Virus record (IMG/VR): IMGVR_UViG_3300005828_000015
Coordinates: 1 to 39,033 of that record
DNA length: 39,033 bases
From: a virus
Direction: 5' to 3' (one strand)
Shown: in pieces, positions 25,459-34,261 of the stretch
How positions within the stretch are numbered: the first letter of the stretch is position 1
Layout of the letters: the number at the start of each line of letters is the position of its first letter
The notes under the pieces: generated by a model
Told to the model about the DNA's origin: nothing
Databases searched by the model: none
The model's input: only the letters and a program-made list of their open reading frames with translations
Position numbers and translations under genes: made by a program

Positions 25459-27607
25459 TGTTTGTCCTTATTCTTTCTAATATACTTGAATTCTTTTTTA
25501 ATGCCAAATTTGGGAACATTTTATAGTCAATAACCTCTCGAAAAACCTTCGTCGTTGCATACAGTTTTTCTAGTAGCTTTTTCTCTGAGAACAGTCCATC
25601 AAAATTCTCTTTTCTGCACAGCTCGTCCTTTTTCTTGAAAAATATCAAGGCTTTATCGGCCTCTTTGTAGTTTCCTCCGGCAAGTGCCTCTCGTATCCGT
25701 CTTGGTCGTGTGTCGTTGCTTTCAAGCACCGATTTTGATACAGTGATTTTTGAACACCAAGGAAGTATCAACTCTTCGCTATTTATTTCGGTTATGCTTT
25801 TTGCATATTTAAAATAAATATTAAGTAAACATTCTTTGTCTTTCCGAGAAATCAGCGCACATATTAACTCATTTATAAAACTCTTTAGTGCTGGTTCCTT
25901 CATTGTTGCTTTTATGCTATTCCCTCGGTCTACCCTCTTTCCATTATAGTCAACAAGAACATAGTTTTTTCTCTTTAGAACCAGAATCGTCTCATATTGT
26001 CCGTCGTTTGTCCATTTTATTTCGTTTGGATATAAGGAATTAAGTTCTTTTATATGATCACTGAACTCGTTGACGCTTAGATGCTTTCCTGTTGAATAGC
26101 TAAAGCTATCTGTGTCGGCATTTATCACAAGCCAGCCCTTCTCTTTGGCCCACTCCATTCCCTTTTTTGTGATCTCCCTTCCTTCTTCGGTAACCATGTC
26201 GGCGGCTTTCATTGAATTGAAGTTTAGTCCGGGCGCACCAAGAAAACCATAAAGAGAGTTTATAAATATCTTTTTTGCTGCCTGCTGTGAGTCGTAGTAT
26301 TTGTCACCTGTCTCTGTGTATCTTTTTTTGTCCTTTAGTCTTGACTCAGTGAAGGATTTTGTTATCATTGGAAAAATTCTTTTTGGATCCTTGTTTTGAA
26401 CGCAGAGATCCTTCATTATCATTATGCTTGGATACATGGATTGTACGTCGACTTTATTAACGTCATTAAAAAGTCCGGGGTCTCCGGCAACAAGCCCCCC
26501 TGTATAGCTTTGTTTTTTGTCGCTAACCGGTATGCTGTGTCTGTCTTGTAAGTATGCTCTTAGCATAAGGTTATTTACTTTTGTTCCCGTTGCTGTCTGG
26601 GTCATTCGTTCAAATGTCATTGGTATAAAATTGCTAAAATAAAAATAAGGCTCCCACACATAGTCTAGTAGCTTAAGGGCGTCCTCTCCGTCATCCTTGT
26701 TGTATTCTTTTATTTTCTGCCACTCGGTCTCGTTTTTATATGTTTCTCTTATTTTGGACGCGTCATAGTGTTGTCTGTTCTTTTTTTCTAGTCCAAGAAA
26801 CGCCATAACCTCCTTCAATTTATACGAAGGAAGGAGCCTTGAATTTGAAAGATCATAGTCTATAACCAAATGAAAGGCGTCAATGATCTGTCTTCCGAAC
26901 GCATGACAAGCATTAAATGAATATGATTGGCTTGCGTCCTTTCTTTTTTCTCTTGTTTTTTCCTCGATCTGAAGACTTGATCGGTCTCTCCCGATTCTGA
27001 ATTTTTTGTGTCTCTTCACAATAAATGGAATATCAAAACCCAGGATATTATATCCCGTTATTATGCTTGGATCGACCTTTCTTATATAGTCAGCAAAATC
27101 TAGGACCATGTTTTCTTCGTTTCGATACTCGTCATATGCGAACAGCCGGTTCTCTGTTATTGTTCCCTTTCTGTATGTTGAGGCAATGGAAAGAATTTTT
27201 GAGTCTTCATCCAGCGGATTTATTCCGACGGTCTCAATATCAAAACTAAGGATAGAAATGTCCGTTGGTTTTCTTCCTAGAAAAAACGTATATCCCTTTG
27301 AAATCATTGCTCCTTCCACTGTGTTGTTTGCTTTCCATACATAATATCCATTATAGGAGGCCTTTTGGTATTCCTTATTTTGTTTCCATTCTGAATCATA
27401 TTTTTTGTAGAACTTAAGGGGGAGATGTCCCTCAAGGGGACGACATTCGGTATCTATCGCAGAATCAAAGAGTGTGTATGGCTTGTGTTTTTCAACATAT
27501 TTTTCAACGCCAAGAGGACCTTCAGTAAAGATTATAAGATCACCATCTTTCCATTCAATACAAACAACACCCTCCATGTTGTTCTTTCCATATAAGATAC
27601 GTTCCAT
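25448..27607 (-). CDS. Family B DNA polymerase with 3'-5' exonuclease domain
   Basis: Exonuclease motifs are Exo I FDIET, Exo II GYNILGFDIPF and Exo III YNKDDGEDA. Polymerase motifs are A DVQSMYPSIM, B KIFINSLYG and C NADTDS. Confidence 0.9.
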   Translation of the reverse strand: MERILYGKNNMEGVVCIEWKDGDLIIFTEGPLGVEKYVEKHKPYTLFDSAIDTECRPLEGHLPLKFYKKYDSEWKQNKEYQKASYNGYYVWKANNTVEGAMISKGYTFFLGRKPTDISILSFDIETVGINPLDEDSKILSIASTYRKGTITENRLFAYDEYRNEENMVLDFADYIRKVDPSIITGYNILGFDIPFIVKRHKKFRIGRDRSSLQIEEKTREKRKDASQSYSFNACHAFGRQIIDAFHLVIDYDLSNSRLLPSYKLKEVMAFLGLEKKNRQHYDASKIRETYKNETEWQKIKEYNKDDGEDALKLLDYVWEPYFYFSNFIPMTFERMTQTATGTKVNNLMLRAYLQDRHSIPVSDKKQSYTGGLVAGDPGLFNDVNKVDVQSMYPSIMIMKDLCVQNKDPKRIFPMITKSFTESRLKDKKRYTETGDKYYDSQQAAKKIFINSLYGFLGAPGLNFNSMKAADMVTEEGREITKKGMEWAKEKGWLVINADTDSFSYSTGKHLSVNEFSDHIKELNSLYPNEIKWTNDGQYETILVLKRKNYVLVDYNGKRVDRGNSIKATMKEPALKSFINELICALISRKDKECLLNIYFKYAKSITEINSEELILPWCSKITVSKSVLESNDTRPRRIREALAGGNYKEADKALIFFKKKDELCRKENFDGLFSEKKLLEKLYATTKVFREVIDYKMFPNLALKKNSSILERIRTNNEA

Positions 27608-29091
27608 TAGTAGTCCTCTTCGCTTTGTTTGTAGTCAGAAGGTTCGTACCACCTCTTTTGGTCGTTGTACTCAATTGCAAATTTCTCCCATTTTTTTCCT
27701 CCTCTTGTTTTTGTTGTTGTAATGAACCGACGGCGGCCCTCCCCCTCGAACACCATCATCATCTCTCCAGCAGCACTTATCGCATATGATCCAGCAATTG
27801 AGTCCTGCCCCTGGGAGCTCTTGTTTTGGTGATGGACAATTAAAACAGAGCAGTCGGTTCGATCTGCCATATTCTGAACAGGAGCAAAATAGCGGTTAAC
27901 GTCGTTTTGTTGGTTGATATCAAGGTCCCCGGAACTTCTTATTAGAGAGTCTATTATAAGCAGTTTTGCGCCTTTGTCTACTATTGCTTGCTCCAATTCA
28001 GGAAGGCTCGCAAGAAGGTTTACTGGCTTTAAATGAATATAATAGTTGTCAACATCACGAAGACCTTGAGCTGTTGCCTCCTGCTTTAGAATCTGCCTGG
28101 TTTCCTCAAGGGTTATGTGAAGCACGGCACCCTTTGTTGTCTGTCTATCAAGGAACTTGGTCCCCGTACACACACAATACGCAAGCTGTCTTGTTAATGT
28201 TGATTTTCCTTTCCCTGCCCTTCCTGCTATCAGCCCAAGCCCACCAAGACTTAAGACTCCGTCAATCAGCCATTCTACGTCCTCGGAGTCGGTGAGTGTG
28301 TCAACCCTTTCCCAAACGAAGTGACCCGATCTTTTTGTGAATTTTGCTTGATTTTTAAATGCCGAATTTATGGTCTCCATGTCCCGATTATCTAGGTCCC
28401 CTGAGAAGTTAAGAGCCGCTCTCCTGAGTTTTTTTGTTGCGTCTTCTTTGCTATAGCCCTGCTCCTGCATATCTTTCGCGGCCTTAAATAGCCTTCTATT
28501 CCACGTTCCTTCCGCTGCGCCAAATTCAAGGAAGTTGTTTGTTAGCTTCGACAAACTCCCATAGTCGCCCTCGGTCAATTCCTCTGGCTCGACCTCATTT
28601 CGTTCTTCTTTACAGACAGGAACACTCAAGCCTTCCTCTTGGACGTGAACTATCTCGTTTCCGGTGTACCACATCCTAGATGCGTCCTTGCACGCAGTGT
28701 CAATAACAGGAAAAATTTCATACAGCCTTTGCCATGTTGCATAGAAGTGTTTATGGTCGGTTATCGGTTCTTCAAGCTTTAGTATGATTCTGTATCGGTC
28801 GGCAACCACTCCGTTCTTCTCTTTGTTGTGACTCTTGGACGTGACAATGCAGTGAGCGTATTTGTTAAAGACAGAGACTGCTTCCTCGATCGTTGCTCCT
28901 TCGTCAACATCAAGGCCAATAAAGTACGCCTTTTGAAAGTTGTCAAGGTTTCTGTAGTTCTCCTTAAATATACCACAAGACCAGTTTTGTTGTGGCTTTG
29001 TTGTTGCGATTTTCGCGACGTCCAACAAGCAACTAACCTCAACCTGCTTGTAGTTCCTTGAATTGTGTTTTGATGTGGTAACAAACGCCAT
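27607..29091 (-). CDS. Primase-helicase fusion: N-terminal AEP-like primase and C-terminal RepA/DnaB-like P-loop ATPase
   Basis: The N-terminal half has FIGLDVDEG, VTSKSHN and IDTACKDASRMWY. The C-terminal half has Walker A GRAGKGKST, GAVLHITLEE, Walker B LLIIDSL and LIVHHQNKS. Confidence 0.75.
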   Translation of the reverse strand: MAFVTTSKHNSRNYKQVEVSCLLDVAKIATTKPQQNWSCGIFKENYRNLDNFQKAYFIGLDVDEGATIEEAVSVFNKYAHCIVTSKSHNKEKNGVVADRYRIILKLEEPITDHKHFYATWQRLYEIFPVIDTACKDASRMWYTGNEIVHVQEEGLSVPVCKEERNEVEPEELTEGDYGSLSKLTNNFLEFGAAEGTWNRRLFKAAKDMQEQGYSKEDATKKLRRAALNFSGDLDNRDMETINSAFKNQAKFTKRSGHFVWERVDTLTDSEDVEWLIDGVLSLGGLGLIAGRAGKGKSTLTRQLAYCVCTGTKFLDRQTTKGAVLHITLEETRQILKQEATAQGLRDVDNYYIHLKPVNLLASLPELEQAIVDKGAKLLIIDSLIRSSGDLDINQQNDVNRYFAPVQNMADRTDCSVLIVHHQNKSSQGQDSIAGSYAISAAGEMMMVFEGEGRRRFITTTKTRGGKKWEKFAIEYNDQKRWYEPSDYKQSEEDY

Positions 29092-29131
29092 CTTTTCTCC
29101 AGTCTTGATTATTTTTTCCTATAAACTATAT

Positions 29132-29557
29132 TTAAAAATCTCCTCGATCCGGCTGTTTTTTTGTTGACGCCTTTTTGCTTGGTGCCCGTCCAGCCGCAAA
29201 ATTTCCGTCGTCATCCTCAGATGGTACAGCAAGTAAGTTCTGAAGAGTGAGTCGACGAAAATATGTCGAACAAGCAAATTGCTTTTGGGGATCATCGAGC
29301 TTCGGCATTATGCACCACGACGACGCCTCATCATCGGAGTTTAGGTCGTATATACAGGTCCCCTGGTGTGTTTGTCCGTCCTTTACAATTGATGGCTGCA
29401 ACATTAACATTTCGTATTTCTCAAGAATTGGTTGCACCCGTTTCAGCATGGATGTGATATCGGCGTACTTTGATTTGAAAAACGGGTTGCTGCTACTTTT
29501 CTCTAGTACACCAATCTCCTTCTGTACTGCCGACAACCTTTTCATAAAGTCGCTCAT
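29132..29557 (-). CDS. ERF-family single-strand annealing protein
   Basis: The N-terminus LSAVQKEIGVLEKSSSNPFFKSKYADITSMLKRVQPILEKYEM matches the ERF signature. The gene is ATGA-coupled to a nuclease gene. Confidence 0.6.
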   Translation of the reverse strand: MSDFMKRLSAVQKEIGVLEKSSSNPFFKSKYADITSMLKRVQPILEKYEMLMLQPSIVKDGQTHQGTCIYDLNSDDEASSWCIMPKLDDPQKQFACSTYFRRLTLQNLLAVPSEDDDGNFAAGRAPSKKASTKKQPDRGDF

Positions 29558-30495
29558 TTTTTTCTCCTTTTGGTTAGCCCTGTTTCATTTTTATAATGAC
29601 AAAAATTATAGTATTCACATTTTCTACCATATACAAAGTCACAAGTCGAATAATTTCTTGGGTAGTTTCTATTTTTGCTATTATAGAGCTCAATGAGTTC
29701 CTCGGCGGCTCTTATTGAGTCAATCATCGTTTCTTTCATGTGTTCGGACGGCCTCCCCTGGATCCACTGAATCGCCGGATGGTACACAACTTCAAATTCC
29801 CAGTTCCCGTGACATCGCCCCCCATCTGTCTCTTTATTGCACGTCTTATGACTTGAATTTGTCTCATTCCCACACTTAATACACCTCTTCATTTTTGATG
29901 TCCGTATGTCTTTTAACAGTACACAATATGCAACGTCCTCTATTCCTTCCTCGTTTGCGTATAAAGCAAGCTGTGGGCCCGTCGATGCCGCCTCTTGGGA
30001 ATACTCATAATAGGAGCATTTGTGATCAATTAGGATTGGCTTATCGCTGTTGTTAACGTGTGCAATTAAATCAGTAAATCCCTTTCGTCCGTTGAGTTCT
30101 TTTTGAACACCGACGACCTTTGTTATCATTGGAAACACAGTCTCCATATAATGCTCAAGTAACACCCTTCCTCGAACTCTGAGAGCAGCCCAAGACACAT
30201 ATTGATCATCTTTCCCGTTTATATCCTCTAGTTGGCTTTGAGTAAAGATGGACCTCGACAAATCCTTTCTATGGAAGACAACACTCTCCATTTGTTCATA
30301 TTTGAAGTTTTCTTTAAATACATCAACCGGGTTTGCGTTTGATTTATAGAGCTCGTTCAATGCTGTATCAATGGCACTGCCAAACATTAGCGAGGACGTC
30401 GTTTGTTCTGGCTCAAGGTCCTTGTTGTAGTGAATGTCATACATTGACGGACATAACATAAACTTAGACCATGCAGAGTAACTAATTTTACTCAT
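29554..30495 (-). CDS. PD-(D/E)XK (Cas4/RecB-like) exonuclease with Fe-S-type cysteines and an inserted zinc ribbon
   Basis: Catalytic-type motifs are FTDLIA, ILIDHKC and GPQLALYA. One N-terminal Cys (FMLCPS) pairs with the C-terminal CDFVYGRKCEYYNFC. The insert is CIKCGNETNSSHKTCNKETDGGRCHG. Confidence 0.7.
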   Translation of the reverse strand: MSKISYSAWSKFMLCPSMYDIHYNKDLEPEQTTSSLMFGSAIDTALNELYKSNANPVDVFKENFKYEQMESVVFHRKDLSRSIFTQSQLEDINGKDDQYVSWAALRVRGRVLLEHYMETVFPMITKVVGVQKELNGRKGFTDLIAHVNNSDKPILIDHKCSYYEYSQEAASTGPQLALYANEEGIEDVAYCVLLKDIRTSKMKRCIKCGNETNSSHKTCNKETDGGRCHGNWEFEVVYHPAIQWIQGRPSEHMKETMIDSIRAAEELIELYNSKNRNYPRNYSTCDFVYGRKCEYYNFCHYKNETGLTKRRKK

Positions 30496-30513
30496 TATTT
30501 TTCCTTTCAGTCA

Positions 30514-31290
30514 TCACAGACTTCTCGGTTTTTTGCCTTTAGCGTCAACTCTACCAACCGAGCCGCACTCCTTGCACCTAATCCTTTGATATAATGCCGT
30601 TTTTGTTAGAGCAAAGCCGTCCCTTATTGTGTTTCCACTACCACAAGACGGACATAATGACGAGTTTCCTGGGTCCTTGGTAAACAGGTTATAATTTGGT
30701 ATGTTTGAAACAAGAGGCCTTAGCTTTAAAAATACGTCTCTTAGAACCAGAACGTCCTGTTTGCAGTAACGCTCCATTTTTCTTTGTGCAGACTTTATTC
30801 GTTTACTGACGTCAACCCACAGCTGCCATCCACCATTATCGAGTTTCTCCTCAAGGCTTAAGAATTGGGCGATTGTGTTCAGTCGGTTTCTATGCAAATA
30901 AAGCCTTTTTCTTGCTACAAGGCAAGTGTCTATGTGTGGGATTTGGGGAACGAGAGGAAGTCCATGGTATAAAAGCCTGCTATTTAAAAACGGTAAGTCG
31001 AACTTTGATCCGTAGTGTGTGACAATTCCATCGGCGTCCCTCAAGATTTCCCCGGCGGCTTTAACAACGTCATAGTCATCATTAACGTCCCTTTTCCATC
31101 TATCGTAAAAGTCCCACGCATTTATGCAACGTACCCTTTTTTCTCCTAAAACCATATAACCAAAGCATATCGTTGTTGACATTGTTGCCTTCATTGTTGC
31201 TCGATCGTATGTCTCCATGACCTTCTTCATAAATTCAGGAAGATTTAGGAGAATTTCTATGTCCCATAATATTATCCTTGGTCTTTTCAT
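30514..31290 (-). CDS. DnaQ/PolB-exo-like 3'-5' exonuclease with a C-terminal zinc ribbon
   Basis: Exonuclease-type motifs are ILWDIE, HYGSKFDLPFL and YCKQDVLVL. The C-terminus reads CPSCGS...CKECGS. The ATG at 31290 follows a GGAGG SD, while the tracked start at 31353 overlaps the upstream gene. Confidence 0.7.
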   Translation of the reverse strand: MKRPRIILWDIEILLNLPEFMKKVMETYDRATMKATMSTTICFGYMVLGEKRVRCINAWDFYDRWKRDVNDDYDVVKAAGEILRDADGIVTHYGSKFDLPFLNSRLLYHGLPLVPQIPHIDTCLVARKRLYLHRNRLNTIAQFLSLEEKLDNGGWQLWVDVSKRIKSAQRKMERYCKQDVLVLRDVFLKLRPLVSNIPNYNLFTKDPGNSSLCPSCGSGNTIRDGFALTKTALYQRIRCKECGSVGRVDAKGKKPRSL

Positions 31291-31303
31291 TTTTCCTCCG
31301 GGA

Positions 31304-31633
31304 CTATAGGTCGTCGTCGTTTCGAGATTTCTTTTTCGGTTGTTCCTCAACATCCTCGGTCTTTACTGCGATGTATTTTTTTATAAACTCTGGTGCCTCT
31401 TCATGAGGATCAAATAAATATAAATCCTTTTCGAGTATAATATCAAGAAGTCTTGCTTTTTCGTCTTTTGATAGTGTAACCGGCGGGATTACCTCGCCCT
31501 TTTTTTGTCCCGTTGCGAAATATCTTTCACCAAGCTGAAGCATGCTGTATTTATACTTCTCTCCTTTCTTGTTCTCGCCGTCCCTGACAACAATTTTTCC
31601 TATGTATTTGTACTTGTATTTTTCACTTTTCAT
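31304..31633 (-). CDS. Hypothetical protein with an acidic C-terminal tail (possible ssDNA-binding protein)
   Basis: A strong AAGGAGAAAGAGA SD precedes this 109-aa ORF. The product ends in KKKSRNDDDL. The SSB idea rests only on the tail and the gene context. Confidence 0.5.
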   Translation of the reverse strand: MKSEKYKYKYIGKIVVRDGENKKGEKYKYSMLQLGERYFATGQKKGEVIPPVTLSKDEKARLLDIILEKDLYLFDPHEEAPEFIKKYIAVKTEDVEEQPKKKSRNDDDL

Positions 31634-31661
31634 TCTCTTTCTCCTTCATTTTGTTGTTGTA

Positions 31662-31922
31662 TCAATGGTTAAACTCACTCAACTCTGGTCCTTCTTCTAT
31701 CAATTTTTCACACTCAATTTGTCCGTAAGCATAGCCTGTTATTAGACTTAATATCTCATATTTCGTCATGTCATCCAAATGTTCTTTTTGGTTTAAAATC
31801 AATTGATAGAACGGCACGTCTCTCGCTGCCTCTTCATATCCATCAATCAAGAGCTGGTCCTTTTTTGTTTTTGGTTCTGTTGTTCCGTTTATAAGGTTTT
31901 TTATTTCTTTCAGTGTCTTCAC
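31662..31922 (-). CDS. Hypothetical protein; start uncertain (GTG 31922, GTG 31988 or TTG 31850)
   Basis: The frame is open from 31988. GTG 31922 lies 5 nt after GGAG, and TTG 31850 lies 7 nt after AAGGA. All three options overlap the 3' end of the DHH gene out of frame. Confidence 0.4.
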   Translation of the reverse strand: MKTLKEIKNLINGTTEPKTKKDQLLIDGYEEAARDVPFYQLILNQKEHLDDMTKYEILSLITGYAYGQIECEKLIEEGPELSEFNH

Positions 31923-32784
31923 TCTCTCTCCATAAAACAGATAAGTCGTTGAGATAAAACCCGGCAGCGTTTTTGTGGCCTCCTCCACCGAATTTTTTTG
32001 CGATTAAAGAAACGTCTATATTACCAACCGACCTTAACGAAACCTTTGCTTTGTTGAATTCATTTAACGATACTACAACAGCAACGTCAACGTCAAGTGC
32101 ATTTGCAATTAGATTTCCTACCTCCGAAATATAAATCGGACAAAACACAAACTTTGCTTTATAGCCCGAGATGGTTCCATAGAATGCGTTTTCTGCTACC
32201 TGGGCGGCCTTCACTTTTATGTATTCCTGTATGCTTGCATACCTACTAAGTAGTCTATTTAGCTCAACTATGCTCATATATCGATTCCATTCAACAAATT
32301 CCTTTGGTACCATTTCAAGGGCGTTGAACAGGGTTTTTGTGTCGTTTCCGTATTTAAATGTGTACAGATCATAATCGTCTAATAGTTTGACAAACAGAGG
32401 CACAATTGATCTCGGGAAAAAATACTCCCAAGTAAGCATTGTCCCCGATTTCTTTGTATCAAATTTATATCTGAAGGTCTGCTTCCATCTTTCCGATGCA
32501 TTCTTGATCGTGCTCTGAGCAGTTATGTGGTGGTCTATTGTGTACACATTGTGCTTACAAGCGAGGTGGGCTATCATTTTCTCACTTGGACAAAAGTCAA
32601 GAAAATAAATTTCTTTCGTTTGTTTGCTCATGTGTAGGTTATACCGCCAAATTGTTTCCTCCATTGTATTGTACTGTATTGGAATATATTTGGCGTTCGA
32701 TTCACCAAGCGCCTTCCACGCACACAATGCAGCTCCAAACCCATCATTACAGTTGTCGTGATAAAAAACATAAGTCTTAGCCAT
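31843..32784 (-). CDS. DHH/DHHA1-family phosphoesterase (NrnA/RecJ-like)
   Basis: Motifs in order are FYHDNCNDGFGAA, FLDFCP, TIDHH and GGGGHKNAAGF. The ATG at 32784 follows an AGGAG SD; the tracked start at 32823 is TTG. Confidence 0.8.
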   Translation of the reverse strand: MAKTYVFYHDNCNDGFGAALCAWKALGESNAKYIPIQYNTMEETIWRYNLHMSKQTKEIYFLDFCPSEKMIAHLACKHNVYTIDHHITAQSTIKNASERWKQTFRYKFDTKKSGTMLTWEYFFPRSIVPLFVKLLDDYDLYTFKYGNDTKTLFNALEMVPKEFVEWNRYMSIVELNRLLSRYASIQEYIKVKAAQVAENAFYGTISGYKAKFVFCPIYISEVGNLIANALDVDVAVVVSLNEFNKAKVSLRSVGNIDVSLIAKKFGGGGHKNAAGFYLNDLSVLWRESEDTERNKKPYKRNNRTKNKKGPALD

Positions 32785-32932
32785 TGGATCTCCTCTCACG
32801 TATTTTTCGAACAACTCGCTCAACCAGCGAGGACATCGTGATAATCGCGATCGTCACAAAAAAGCTTAGAACAAGCACATACTCAAACTTTTCAAATATT
32901 CCATATTCAAATACTCTGTAAACGTGTCCCAT
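32777..32932 (-). CDS. Unlisted small membrane protein (51 aa)
   Basis: I translated it as MGHVYRVFEYGIFEKFEYVLVLSFFVTIAIITMSSLVERVVRKIRERRSNG. It forms a TAATG junction with the upstream gene, and its stop overlaps the DHH start. It has one hydrophobic helix. Confidence 0.4.
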   Translation of the reverse strand: MGHVYRVFEYGIFEKFEYVLVLSFFVTIAIITMSSLVERVVRKIRERRSNG

Positions 32933-33168
32933 TACTCCGCCCTTTTGTAACTATCATGATAACCAATGAATAGTCTCAGCCATGCGCTTACCTGCTCATA
33001 GGAAAAGCCTCCGTTTGCTGCCCCAAACTGGCTTCCGTCTCTATATACTCGGCACGTAAAGTTTCCGTCTGGTTCCTCTGTTATTCTAAACTCAAGTCCA
33101 TTTAGTCTTATCTCGGCGTTTGTGTTCTCATCTAACGTCTCATTTTCAATCAATCTTAATTCTTTCAT
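32932..33168 (-). CDS. Hypothetical protein (78 aa)
   Basis: The ATG directly follows the upstream stop and has a GGGAGGGG SD. Confidence 0.5.
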   Translation of the reverse strand: MKELRLIENETLDENTNAEIRLNGLEFRITEEPDGNFTCRVYRDGSQFGAANGGFSYEQVSAWLRLFIGYHDSYKRAE

Positions 33169-33468
33169 TTACCCCTCCCGGTTTGTATATCTTTTTATCG
33201 GGACCTGATCAGGAAACTTTAGCTCTTTTTTTATCCCTCTTAATATTTTTTTGTAATTATACGATGCGCTGCTAACGACCTTCGTTTTTTCATGTTTATA
33301 GCCGATGGTTATTATTGTCGATGGCATTCCAGGCCGTGATTTGTTCTGATTTGTTATTACGGCACCTAAGAATAAAAATCCTTCCATTCTTTTTCCCTTC
33401 AAGAACTCATAAACCGGGTCTCCGGGAAACTCCTCATATTTTGTAACATTTTCTGTTGGATTTTTCAT
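33169..33468 (-). CDS. Hypothetical protein (99 aa)
   Basis: The ATG at 33468 follows a GGAG SD and overlaps the upstream stop (ATGA). Confidence 0.5.
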   Translation of the reverse strand: MKNPTENVTKYEEFPGDPVYEFLKGKRMEGFLFLGAVITNQNKSRPGMPSTIITIGYKHEKTKVVSSASYNYKKILRGIKKELKFPDQVPIKRYTNREG

Positions 33469-33764
33469 TTTTTCTCCTTTTTTAATGAACACCAACATTT
33501 GATTGTTGTGTCGAAAATCGTTCGAAGCTCTTTTTTTCCTCTACAAACAGGACAAAACTCCTTTATCATTTTCTGTATTTGATCAAGCGTCAGTCCCTTG
33601 TTATATAGGACTGACATTGCATTTGCAACTTCAGGATCAAAGGTGTCGTTTGTTTTTTGAACTTCCAAAGAGGTTTCACTTGGTTCTGGGTGCTTCTTTG
33701 GCTGTTTTATTCTGTCTAGTTCATCCGAGAACCCCTTCATTAGTTTTTCATATATACTAGACAT
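33465..33764 (-). CDS. Hypothetical protein with a C-terminal Cys cluster
   Basis: The ATG at 33764 lies 6 nt after AGGAGG. The C-terminus contains CPVCRGKK...KCWC. Confidence 0.5.
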   Translation of the reverse strand: MSSIYEKLMKGFSDELDRIKQPKKHPEPSETSLEVQKTNDTFDPEVANAMSVLYNKGLTLDQIQKMIKEFCPVCRGKKELRTIFDTTIKCWCSLKKEKK

Positions 33765-33951
33765 CTTTTTCCTCCTCATTTAGTATTATTAAAATACCAC
33801 TTTTGGTTGCCCAATTGCCGAGGTTCCGTTTGTGGTGACTCCTTGCCAGTATAACGCAGCTTTTTTCTCCGTCAATTTTCACCTCCTTCACTTCAACAGG
33901 AACAAAAGAGCAAGCCGAATCAATTGCCTTTATAATATCATCTTTTTTCAT
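33757..33951 (-). CDS. Hypothetical protein (64 aa)
   Basis: It is ATGA-coupled to the upstream gene. Confidence 0.45.
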   Translation of the reverse strand: MKKDDIIKAIDSACSFVPVEVKEVKIDGEKSCVILARSHHKRNLGNWATKSGILIILNEEEKDV

Positions 33952-34154
33952 TTACACTCCCTTTGTAGTGTTGTTTTAATCTTTTTTATGTTTTTCTCAA
34001 CAATCTGAATTGCTTCCCTGTTTGATACAGGGTCTTGGCTTAGTATGTAGTGCAGTGAGTGCATTGTTGAAAGCAGCTCTGTCATTCCGCAAGTCATTTT
34101 CATATACAAATTAAACCATTTTTTGTCTTCCATGTTCAAATGGTACCACGACAT
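33948..34154 (-). CDS. Hypothetical protein (68 aa), first gene of the leftward operon
   Basis: This is the first ORF after the divergent intergenic region. No clear SD was seen. Confidence 0.4.
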   Translation of the reverse strand: MSWYHLNMEDKKWFNLYMKMTCGMTELLSTMHSLHYILSQDPVSNREAIQIVEKNIKKIKTTLQRECK

Positions 34155-34261
34155 TTCGTAAGAGCAACTTAATTATTTTTGTTGTCTCAACCTGGGATTT
34201 TTGTCGAATATTCTTTATGTTTGGTGTTTGCTGGTGTATTCTTTATTTATTGGAGGTTGTT
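34155..34261. promoter_or_regulatory. Divergent early control region
   Basis: This 107-nt AT-rich gap separates oppositely oriented operons. The direct repeat TATTCTTTAT occurs at 34209..34218 and 34237..34246. No confident -35/-10 pair was assigned. Confidence 0.4.
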
